In this document: positions 1 through 10,346 of the stretch, in pieces
How the letters are laid out: each line of letters begins with the position of its first letter
Position numbering within the stretch: position 1 is the first letter of the stretch
DNA from: Zygophlyctis sp. KS116
Taxonomy: Eukaryota > Fungi > Chytridiomycota
DNA: 28,450 bases
Reading direction: 5' to 3'
Assembly (NCBI GenBank): GCA_054661495.1
Contig: BAAFSQ010000124.1
Coordinates: 1-28,450, forward strand
Notes under the pieces: model-generated
Seen by the model: the letters and a program-made list of their open reading frames with translations, nothing else
Told to the model about the DNA's origin: nothing
The model's database searches: none
Program-made: the position numbers and the translations under genes

Positions 1-210
1 GTCTAGATTACAGTTTTTGGAAACACAGTCATCATTCTTCCCACATTTTTCGCCAAGTGGAGCCCTGCATTTGCCATTATCACACACCAATCCTTGCATA
101 CAGCGCTTGTAAAAATTGCCATTCTCTATGCATGATCCACCCACTGGCACACCACAACTAACTACATTAAACAATGCAATAATTCCAACAGTCAAAAGAG
201 TAAGTTTCAT
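1..210 (-). CDS. Small secreted cysteine-rich protein (3' end runs off the window)
   Basis: Missing from the ORF track because there is no stop in the window. ATG at 210 reads MKLTLLTVGIIALFNVVSC-GVPVGGSCIENGNFYKRCMQGLVCDNGKCRAPLGEKCGKNDDCVSKNCNLD. Hydrophobic signal peptide followed by 7 more Cys in about 50 aa. Confidence 0.85.
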   Translation of the reverse strand, partial: MKLTLLTVGIIALFNVVSCGVPVGGSCIENGNFYKRCMQGLVCDNGKCRAPLGEKCGKNDDCVSKNCNLD

Positions 211-274
211 TTTAGAGATTTAGAAGAAAGAGATTTTAGTTTTTTTACAAGATGTCCCACCCAAAATCAGCTCA

Positions 275-355
275 TTTTATATCCGTTCCTGTCCCGCCGG
301 ATGACATAAGCGGATGACATAATCAAAGTGACGTATTTACTATGTATGACGTAAA
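275..355 (-). promoter_or_regulatory. Putative promoter of the Cys-rich gene: TATA box plus clustered bZIP-like sites
   Basis: TATAAAA on the minus strand at 275-281, about 65 bp upstream of the ATG. Tandem CGGATGACATAA x2 (298-322) and TGACGTA x2 (329-335, 347-353), resembling ATF/CREB/AP-1 sites. Confidence 0.45.
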
Positions 356-522
356 TCAATTTAATTAATAAAAGGAGAGATGGACTGTTGTAGTAGAGAT
401 CTAAATAATATTTTAAAGAGTAAATAAATGAATTAGTTTTTCAAGATTGTTATCATAGCCTTCTAGTTCATTCTTGAATTGAGATAATAATGCATTCATT
501 CAAATATCGGACAGATTGAGTT

Positions 523-2116
523 TTAAGAAGGCTGCAAATCTACAACCTCTCTGAATTTCCAAGTTTCCAAATCTCTTTGATACTCAACTCCGTTATGGAC
601 AACCATTATTAATCGAGGAAATTTTTCCAGATCTTCCATGTTTAAGTCTTGAGAATTATTCAATTCTAAGTATTCAAGGTTGGGGAATGCACCAATAAAT
701 TTTGAGATTTTGTTGAAATCTTCTTGAGAACGATTTCTTCCGCCTAATTTTATGACAAGACTCTTGAGATTATAAGAATATTCAGAAATGTCCGAAAATT
801 GAACATTTGAAAAACTAACTAATTCCAAATGTTCAAGTTTAGGAACCGATTTAAATAGATCATGAGGCACTGAATCTGAATTCAATCCGATTATACGGAT
901 CCTGGTAAGATTAGAAAATCTCTTCAGGTTAAATTTGTTGAGATATGAATGATAAGTAAAAGCCCAAGATTCTAAAGTGTTCCAATTTTCATACAGATCA
1001 TAATTATAAATAGAAATACCAGCCATCATTGTTAGATGCTTCATTTTGGGCAGTTTAACACTCCCATGCCACCCTGACCTGCCTGAATGAAAAGGTGCGT
1101 GCAATTCAAGTGTTTCCAACTGCTTCAGTTCATTTAAAACTTTTGAATTTTGATTCCAAGAAAAATTCTGTATATATAATTTTTTTAAATTGGTTGCATA
1201 TTTCATTTCTTCCATCAAAATATTATACCCCCGGAGTTCTGTCAACTGATTTCCTCGATAGAGTCTTCGAAGTTGGTCCTTGTCATAAATATCAGCAAGA
1301 CCAAGATCGAGCTTCTTCAAAGACTTTGCGTTATGAATTGATTCCCACATATTACGTAGTATATGCATTTTCTCAAATTCAAGCTGTTCTAACTGGCCTG
1401 CGGTTCCAATTATTGTCGAAACATATCGAGCCAAGAGCACTTTTTTATCTGACCAATTCAGATCTAAATCAGCTACTTTAAATTCTAGAATTTTTTTAAT
1501 GATCGAGCTATTGATTACAGAATCAAGGATTAAGGAAATCATATTCCCGTCTAGCCCACTGTCAGAGATAATTTCAATTCGTGATACATTGATTGGCGAT
1601 AAATTAGCAATGTAATCTCTATCAAGATTATTCCATCTGTTTGTAATCACCAATGTATCTATGGGTAGAACATCAATATATCTCCAGTCATAGTATGTAA
1701 ATGATTCAAAAAAATTAGGATATTCCTTGAAGCACTTTTGTATGATTTTAACACATTCTAGAGATATTCTTCCTTTAATGACCAGATGCGGATACAAAGA
1801 TGCAGGCTGACACTTTTTTTGTAAATCAACTATTGGAAGAAATAGTTTCAATGCAACTCCCATTTTCAGATATTCAGCAGTAGACAAATACTCCTTGAGA
1901 TGATGATGTAGAAGAGAAGAAAGATCTATTTTATCCATGGGATTTTGTGGTTTCATCAATGATTTTGGATTTGCAAGTGCTACAAGTGCATTATTAGTCT
2001 GCAACTGGTTCGGCAAACATTCTGTCAGCTGTAATAAACTATCATTAAGCCATTCTGCAATCATACCATGTCAATAGAAAGAATGCACTGAATAAATTCC
2101 ATTTCAAATAATTCAT
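523..2116 (-). CDS. Secreted LRR-like protein, tandem paralog A (~521 aa)
   Basis: ATG 2116, with a 28-nt intron at 2039-2066 (GTATGA...CTTAATGATAG) joining in frame to the 523..2064 ORF. N-terminus MNYLKWNLFSAFFLLTCLLQLTEC-LPNQ is signal-peptide-like. Repeated LxxLxL motifs (LKKLDL, LETLEL, LEHLEL, LEYLEL). Confidence 0.8.
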
Positions 2117-2145
2117 AACTGATAAGATCGAAAAAAATTTGTTGC
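1582..2145. repeat. 564-bp direct repeat, copy 1 (identical by eye to 3580-4143)
   Basis: Line-by-line comparison shows a constant 1998-bp offset and sharp boundaries. Covers the 5' UTR, exon 1, the intron and about 170 N-terminal codons. Confidence 0.93.
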
Positions 2146-2439
2146 GAAATTTTTACTTTTACTGAAATACTTATCTGCGCATCCTTTTTCTTCTTCCTAC
2201 ATGTTTAGAGAATCTTATAAAGATGCATTATGAAATTTAGAATGAGAAGATACCCAAATAAAATCCAGCGGACGTCCCAGTGGCTTTTTTAATTAATAGC
2301 GGATCGGTATTTACGGTCACTGAAGAATACTTTCCAAAATAACATATATTCTTTTAAAGTTTTACCAATCCAAATAAATCCTAATTTTCTCAATATTTGA
2401 GGCATAGACTTGAAATCATCGAAATATATTTTAGAATAA

Positions 2440-4114
2440 TTACTTGTCCGAAAGTATTTCCTGATTGTTTACAAAAAACTGCTGCATTCGGTCAAAAATC
2501 GGGCTAATAGAATCATCAGAGATCTGCAGGTTTTCAATGTTTTTAAATTTCCAAGTTATCAAATCCCTTCGATATTCAACGCCATTGTGCGTGACAACAT
2601 AAAGTCTAGGAGCTTTTTCAAGTTCATCAATATCAATTGGATAAACACAATCTATAATAAATGATTCAAGATATGGAAACTTGGCGATTACTTTCAAAAG
2701 CCGTCTCGTTTCTTCTTGAGATAGATATCCTCCCCATACCCTTATAACTAGACTCTTTAATATTTTAGAATATTTAGATATTTCAGAAAACCTTACGTTT
2801 GTATAACCATCCAGCTCTAAGTGCTCTAGTTTAGGGATTGATTTAAGCAGAAAATGAGGCAGTGAATTTGAATTCAGTCCCATGATATGAATTTTGCTGA
2901 GATTATTACATGACTGCAGATTTAAGCTATAGAGATTTGGATTAAAATAAACGGTTAAAGATTCCAAACTTTCCAATTTTTTAACCATAGCATAATCATG
3001 TATATGATCCATTGTTAAATGTTTCAGCTGCGGGAGTTTTAATTTTAGTGGTATTCCCAACCTGCCCAACAGATGCCAGAAAAGGTAGACGTGCAATTCT
3101 AAAGTTTCCAAATGCTGAAGTTCATTTAAAGCTTCAGAACTTTCATTCCAAAAAAACTCCTCGATACAAAGCTTCTTCAGATTAGTTGCATATCTTATCT
3201 CTTCATTCAAAATATTGAAACCACGAAGTTCTGTCAACTTGTTTTCCAGATACAATCTGCGAAGTTCCTCCTGATCATGACTTTCTTCAAGACCGAGGTC
3301 CAATTTCCTCAAAGACTGTGAATTGTGGATTGCCGCCCAAATTTCTCTAATTGCATTTGATGGTAGTTGAGGAATTTCAAATTCAAGTTTTTCCAAAACA
3401 ACGCCAAATTTGAGTACCTTGCAAACAATATCAGCAAAAAAAGATGATTCCGCATGCTCATTTCGGCATAATATTTTGAATTCACGAACCTTATCAAGAC
3501 GAACGGCATCTAACATGGTGAACTTGAGCAAGGAACGGAATCCTTCATCCATATCCCAGTCAGCGAACAATTCAATTCTTGATACATTGATTGGCGATAA
3601 ATTAGCAATGTAATCTCTATCAAGATTATTCCATCTGTTTGTAATCACCAATGTATCTATGGGTAGAACATCAATATATCTCCAGTCATAGTATGTAAAT
3701 GATTCAAAAAAATTAGGATATTCCTTGAAGCACTTTTGTATGATTTTAACACATTCTAGAGATATTCTTCCTTTAATGACCAGATGCGGATACAAAGATG
3801 CAGGCTGACACTTTTTTTGTAAATCAACTATTGGAAGAAATAGTTTCAATGCAACTCCCATTTTCAGATATTCAGCAGTAGACAAATACTCCTTGAGATG
3901 ATGATGTAGAAGAGAAGAAAGATCTATTTTATCCATGGGATTTTGTGGTTTCATCAATGATTTTGGATTTGCAAGTGCTACAAGTGCATTATTAGTCTGC
4001 AACTGGTTCGGCAAACATTCTGTCAGCTGTAATAAACTATCATTAAGCCATTCTGCAATCATACCATGTCAATAGAAAGAATGCACTGAATAAATTCCAT
4101 TTCAAATAATTCAT
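2440..4114 (-). CDS. Secreted LRR-like protein, tandem paralog B (~548 aa)
   Basis: ATG 4114 and intron 4037-4064. Same signal peptide and N-terminal region as paralog A. LRR region homologous but diverged. Confidence 0.8.
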
Positions 4115-4143
4115 AACTGATAAGATCGAAAAAAATTTGTTGC
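3580..4143. repeat. 564-bp direct repeat, copy 2
   Basis: Identical by eye to 1582-2145. Confidence 0.93.
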
Positions 4144-4487
4144 AAATCTTATTGAAATTGACATTGGAAACGCACATTTCAGGCATGATTATTAGTTTAC
4201 TGATTATTTTTTATGCTCATATACGGGCTACTCAGAAATGATCAGCGATACTGACGGCCGGAGTCTGTTACGTCCAGTCGTAGAACTCGTAAGAGTCTCC
4301 TTTTTTGCCTCGATTTTACGAAAAGAGTTTCGTTTCTGAATTTTAGAAAGTTGCTTTACTAGTTGAGAAGATCGGACATCATCAAAAGACAAAATTTCTG
4401 CCTGAAATATTTATATTTTTAAAGAACAATCATATTTAGAGAAACTTGCATCCCTTCTCCAATCCAGTTGTGAAGTCTATAGCGGGA

Positions 4488-5066
4488 TCAAGCATTAGCA
4501 TCGGGGCTAACGTATCCTATGCCAGATTCTTCAGTATTCTTAGCCTTTTTTCCTTTTCGGACAAGATTATTAGTAAATTTTTGAATTGATTCTTCTGCAT
4601 ACTTCTTATTACTGCGATCATCATCATTTTGCATTTGATGTAGATCATTGGATTCATCCAATTCCTCCATCAAAGCGTATTTTGAGTCTTCTAATGCAAT
4701 AGAATCTTTTTTTGTTTGCTCTAATTCACTGGAATCTTGTTGGCCTAAGATTTGGTCCGAATTCATTTCTTCTCGAGGTTGGACTTTTATCAAGGGCGCT
4801 GGTAAACGCTGCTGCTGAAGGTCTCCATCCAAAAGAGAATTTTCTGCTGATTTTAAGGAATCTTGTATTGAATAGACAACCTCATTGACTGGTTGGACAT
4901 TGAATTCCGCGCTTTGAGATACTATTTGGTCTAATTTTAGTCATTAAAAATTACATGAAACGTATTTGGTAATGAAAAAAAGTAAAACACTTGCGCCTAT
5001 CAATATACTCAATTTTTTTCTCTTTATAAATATATTGGATAAGACTTGGCAAGTTTTGGACTTCAT
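4488..5066 (-). CDS. Hypothetical type II membrane protein (~184 aa)
   Basis: ATG 5066 and a 24-nt intron at 4931-4954 join in frame to the 4488..4832 ORF. KRKK followed by hydrophobic LSILIGASVLLFFIT, then an acidic/Gln-rich low-complexity region. 3' end uncertain. Confidence 0.6.
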
Positions 5067-5147
5067 CTGGAAATTCTTGCACGTAACCGTGTCAAAATGT
5101 CCGAACGCTAAAGAACAAACACCAGATTTATAAGTTATTTAATTTGT

Positions 5148-6425
5148 TTACAGAATCAGATTCTCTAGACTAGGACATGATGCAAATAAATTGACAGAAA
5201 CTGTGATCCCACTTAAATTCAATCGTTTTATAGATTTCATCGCAAGAATTGGCTGATTTAATTCTAAATTCTGACTATTCGAAAGATTCAAAGATTTTAG
5301 ATTTTTGCCAAAATTTGAGAATATTTTAAAAATCCTTGATGAAAGATGGATCGATTCCTCTAATTCTAGATCTTCAAGATATACACATTCTTCTAAAAAC
5401 ACTTGCACAGCATCATCAGAAAAGCTTGAATTTTTAAACGAAAATCGCTTCAGGTTTTTTGTGTGTCTGGCCAAACAGAGTAAAATCATATCATTATAAC
5501 CTAAACTAGATGTGCTGATGCTTAATTCCAAGTCAGTTAGATTATGATTATGGATTATTAAGCTTTTAACTACATTCTGCCATCTAATTATTATTTTTAG
5601 AAAAATATACTCTGAACAGCACAAGTTGATCAATTCAACTTTTCTTAAATTTGTGATTGATCTGAAGAGTCCTCTAAGAGGTGAAGAATGAGAATGAATC
5701 ATTTCAGATACATGATTTACAGATATCTCTTCTAAATTTAATAATTTACCCAGTTCATTCAATGATAATGAATATATTATTCCTACATCTTGACACACGC
5801 AAGGCAACCGTAAAATTCTTAAATTCGGACAAAAGTCTACAATATTTCTAAGAATATTTTCAAATGATCTATTGCGATCACCCAAACTAGATGTCAAATC
5901 TAATTCATGCAGTTTAGATCCATAATCTTTTAGAAAGTACATTGGCTTCAAGATTTTGGTTGGAGGTAGAACTAATTTTTTAATTTTTGGAAGAAACTTG
6001 AGCAGATTTCTGATATATACACTCGGATCAACACCACAAAACAACCAGCTAGACCATTTACAGGTAGATAGATCAAGATTTTCAGTTTTGCGCAATTTCA
6101 TGACGATTGTTGAACGCTTTGCGTTTTCGGACTTAAATAGCGTAAATGATACCCCTCTACAAACATTGATTAGATTCAATAGATTTTGAGATTTTGAAAG
6201 AGATAATGTATTCCATAATGCTGCATATGCTACAATATACCATGATTTATTTAATATCAAGAGCGGTGCAATATCTCTTGAAGATTTTAATTTGCAAACA
6301 ATCATATAAATAACATCAATAGGAATATTTTGCCTCTTTCCATGATTCTTACGATTGCTTAAAATCAGCCCATCTTTAAATACATTCATTCTCAAAAGAT
6401 CAAAACAAACTCCGAAACGACTCAT
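5148..6425 (-). CDS. F-box/LRR protein (FBXL-like)
   Basis: F-box-like IPIDVIYMIVCKLKSSRDIAPLLILNKSWYIVAYAALW followed by Cys-containing LRRs (CPNLRILRL, CVYLEDLEL, CPSLENLIL). The true start may be a later Met. Confidence 0.85.
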   Translation of the reverse strand: MSRFGVCFDLLRMNVFKDGLILSNRKNHGKRQNIPIDVIYMIVCKLKSSRDIAPLLILNKSWYIVAYAALWNTLSLSKSQNLLNLINVCRGVSFTLFKSENAKRSTIVMKLRKTENLDLSTCKWSSWLFCGVDPSVYIRNLLKFLPKIKKLVLPPTKILKPMYFLKDYGSKLHELDLTSSLGDRNRSFENILRNIVDFCPNLRILRLPCVCQDVGIIYSLSLNELGKLLNLEEISVNHVSEMIHSHSSPLRGLFRSITNLRKVELINLCCSEYIFLKIIIRWQNVVKSLIIHNHNLTDLELSISTSSLGYNDMILLCLARHTKNLKRFSFKNSSFSDDAVQVFLEECVYLEDLELEESIHLSSRIFKIFSNFGKNLKSLNLSNSQNLELNQPILAMKSIKRLNLSGITVSVNLFASCPSLENLIL

Positions 6426-6454
6426 CTTGCGGCGTGGAAAAGGCTAAACTTTAA

Positions 6455-7217
6455 ATGCTTTCAAACTCTTTTAGATTTAGAGATCGAACTCATGCAGGAA
6501 AGTTTCTAGCTCAGGATCCTAAAATTAGGGACCTGGCCGATAAGAATCCGATTGTACTAGCATTACCCAGAGGAGGAGTCCCAGTTGCATTTGAGTAGGA
6601 TAACCTTCTAACCGCTAGAATCGCAAATGCTCTAAATTCACCCTTGGATGTATTGATTGTTAGAAAATTAGGAATTCCTTATCAGCCAGAAGTCGCTTTT
6701 GGTGCAATCTCTTTGAATGGCGTCAAAGTCTTGAATTCGGATTTCATTCATAGAATTCGCTTGTCCGAATCTGAAATGATGTCTGTGATTGCAAAAGAGT
6801 CAAAGGAATTGGATCGAAGAAATTCAATGTATAGAGGGAATCGTCCTTTTCCTGTTTTGGAAGGTAGGATCGTAGTGGTATGTAATAATTTATTAATCGT
6901 AGATTGTGGATGGTATATCTTTTCCTTTAATAATAGATGGAATCGCCACCGGAGCTACATTGAAAGCTGCTATTATGGCTGTAAAGCAATTAAAGGCTGC
7001 TAAAACAATCGCTGTAGCACCTGTAGGACCAGAAGATTCTGTCCAGGAAATTCGTCAAATTGCAGATGAAGTCATTTGTCCTCATCAACCTGTAGACTTT
7101 CATGCAGTTGGTAATATTTAAAATGTTTAAATTATAGGATTATGGTATGAATTATTCCCACAGACAAGTGACGAGGAAGTGATCAACCTTCTCGATAGAA
7201 AATTCAAGGAAGAATAA
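6455..7217 (+). CDS. Type I phosphoribosyltransferase of the bacterial-like COG1926/Rv0571c family (~220 aa)
   Basis: Introns 6595-6618, 6878-6902, 6913-6936 and 7111-7137. The spliced protein has FRDRTHAG, VLALPRGGVPVAFEIA, VRKLGIP, the PRPP loop IVDDGIATGAT and FHAVGLWYELFPQTSDEEV. Confidence 0.9.
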
Positions 7218-7237
7218 AAATGTTGGTTATTCTTGCA

Positions 7238-9329
7238 TTATAAAAACTTTATTACATTGAGTTTTAAATCTTCTTTGGATTGCGATGATTCCGAACCAAA
7301 AGCATTGATCGCTTCATAAACTTCCGTTCCAAAACTTGACGATTTTTGCATTTGAACTTCATGAGGAATACAATCAGCTGGTAATTTGATCCATCCCTGT
7401 TGTTTATGAGAAGGGATAGTTTCTTTGTATTTAGAATCAGATATAAATTGATGTCTTAACGCCTTTTTCAGAGATGATTTTTCAAGCAATTCATCATCTT
7501 CATCCTTTTTAAGAGATATTTGTTTGAGTTTTTTAAAAAAATCATCAAATACTGGACTTTTGAGAGATTTTTCCTTGACCGAAACTATTCTTGTCCGAAA
7601 TCCTCCCCAAATCTGGACATTCCATGTAAAAAGTGAAAAAATCAAAACTATCAAGTCCAATACACTCTGCAAAAGAATGCTGTAAAGGGGATAAATTATT
7701 CCTAGCATCGGCTTTCCAAATTTAGAAGAAAAAAAAGCGAAGGCAAGACATCGAATAAGATACGGTATGAGGAGAAGAATAATCTGAGTTGAGGAATAGG
7801 CATTACTAAATAAACATGTCAACAAAAGGCTGAAAATGGTCAACTGTGACGCCTTTGTGGCTAAATTCCACATATTGAAATAATAGACTCTTTTAACTTC
7901 AGTAAAGAGCTTTCTGCTACCCAAAATACCTACTGTAGTCGCTACTAGCCCCAAATAATGCCTTCTTTTTTCATCGATATAGTTTGCCCAGCTACCAGCT
8001 GACCGATGCTGAATTTTTACAGATTGAGAATAATACAGTCCTCGCGCTCCATAATTTTCGATAATTACTATATAAAGTTACGACTAAATACTTACAATTT
8101 TGAAGAAGTAAATGATCTGCAAATCGCGTCCTATTGTAAGATGCGATAGAAGTTCTCTGATCCAAATTTCCGAAATATCTTAGCTCTATATCTCGAAAGG
8201 CCGCAAAGCGCATCATTATCAATTGGCCAGGCATATCTAGAATTATTAAATAAATTATACCATAATAACAATCATATCGCTTTTCAGCCTGCAATACAAA
8301 AATTTCTTTTTCAATACACTCCATCGTTTCGACAATCTCCAATATGTCATTGTTACATTTCTTTATACTCTTGGATCCAAGAACTCCCACTATCCTTCGA
8401 TCATTGTAAAGTTTCATAGAACCGTTGAGGATTGCATGTTTATCGAAAATAATGTCCGAATCTGAGAATACTAGGATTGGATCAGATGAAATGTCAGGAT
8501 CAGAACCAAAAACACGACGAATAATCTCCAGTCCATATCTCTGAAAATTAGAATAATATAATCACCTGTGAAGATTGCTTTCCGGTATGCCTAAATTTTC
8601 CAACAATGATACGAACGCCATTATATTCTGTTTCTCCATATTTGTATTTAAATACAGCATCGAAAATATTTAAACGATTTAGAAACATAATATATTCCAA
8701 TCCTTCTGAATTTTCATCAAAAGCAAGTATTAAACGAAGCTTTGATTTTGGATAATCTGATTCTACAAGCGAATCGACAGTTTCAATTAAAGCTGATGTC
8801 GGTTCACGAAATATAGACATCACAATAAACACATCTGGATATTCTAGAGCATTTGATGTGGACTCGGAATCCTTATTTAAAATTTCATTTGCTTTAGATC
8901 GAAGGGAATTTACTGAAACAATACTTTTCAGATTAAAGATGATGACTATAAGCCACAGACTCCAATAAGTTAAAAGATCAAATACGATCCCCTTGATATC
9001 AAGACTAATCTATGAGTTTCTAAACTTATTTACAGAGCATTTAATGTCCATCCTAGCATGATTCCCTTTGAAATAAAAAACAGGCCAACTCCTATTAGGA
9101 AGACACCTTTATGAAACTGAGGATATTTGGAAGATGGATTTTGATTCAAACCGACCCAATGCAGAACGACCAATATCAAATAACTGCACATATGGATTAT
9201 TGATAGAGTTGATATGATTGCTAGTCCGATAGCGAATCCATTTGTAGATCGGACGACATCGGAATGAGTTATCGCATTATTGGCACCACCACTGACAAGA
9301 GTAAAATCAGAAGCGGGTTTAAGTAGCAT
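7238..9329 (-). CDS. GT2 chitin/hyaluronan-synthase-like membrane glycosyltransferase with degenerate motifs (~661 aa)
   Basis: Introns 9005-9033, 8541-8565, 8237-8260 and 8068-8095 give one continuous frame. N-terminal TM helices, IFRE...DSLVESDYPKSKLRLILAFD, DSD motif, FADH and EKRRH at the EDR/QRRRW positions, C-terminal TM helices and WGG.R. Confidence 0.75.
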
Positions 9330-9427
9330 GTATTCCAATTATCAAAATTCCGGTTTTAAATCAGTCGGACAAGTTACATGAAGCGGAAGCGATTACTTTT
9401 GATGAACACGTCAGTCACGTCGCGCTA

Positions 9428-10346
9428 ATGAAACTGCCACTGCGAGTCCTGAGTCGATTGGTTGCGATTTCACTGATTGTATTATTAATGATGTGCATAG
9501 GATCATACAATTATCTCGGATATCAGAGATATGGATGGCTGGAAAATAAAATGACAAACATTCATTTACAGTAATGATTTCTATTTATTCACCATCAGAT
9601 TCAAATCAAACGCCCATATACCACGTATAATTCACCAAACATATAAAAATATTACCATTCCACAAAAATGGAAGAAATACCAGGAATCTTGCAATTATAC
9701 CGATCCTTCTTGGGAGTATAAATTCTGGTCGGACGAACAAAATTTAGCCTTCATTACCAAGAACTATCCCTGGTTTTTAGACACATATAATAGCTATTTA
9801 TATCCTATTCAAAGAGCCGATGCAATCCGTTACTTTTTACTCTACCATTACGGGGGAATTTATGTGGATTTAGATATTTCGTGCTCAAAAGACCTCGAAC
9901 AACTATTAAAAGTGCCAGCATGGATTCCCAAGACAGATCCAATCGGATTTTCGAATGATGCGATAGGAAGCAGCCCAAAGCATCCATTTTTGAAGCAAGT
10001 CATAGAAGCATTACCATTTTGGAACATAAACTTGATTACTAATTATCCAACAGTGATGATAAGCACAGGACCATTATTTCTTTCTGTACAAGCCTATAAA
10101 TATCATAAAAATCCAAATCGCACCGAACTGATCATTCTGCCAATAAACTGGTATACCCAAAAATATTTTTCACATCACAACGCAGGAAGTTCGTGGCATT
10201 CAACGGATGCATTCATCGTCAAAAAGCTTTTTTCTAATCGATGGTGGATCATTTTTCTCGTAGTAGTTATTGCTAGCCGAAAGTTTTTAACCAATGTTTT
10301 GAGTCTTCTCAAATATATCAAGAAGACTCCCGGTTACTCCTTCTAG
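9428..10346 (+). CDS. SUR1: GT32 mannosyl phosphorylinositol ceramide synthase (SUR1/CSH1-like, ~296 aa)
   Basis: Intron 9571-9598. N-terminal TM, IPRIIHQTYK, YPIQRADAIRYFLLYHYGGIYVDLD (DxD), STGPLFLS, GSSWH, C-terminal TM. Confidence 0.88.

Noticed and set aside
1582-4143. 564-bp direct repeats as LTRs of a retroelement
   Set aside because: The repeats are the 5' coding parts of paralogous genes, and there is no gag/pol or transposase between them.
4420-4500. TGA at 4488 as a selenocysteine or readthrough codon
   Set aside because: No redox motif or recognisable SECIS; the frame closes again about 22 codons later.
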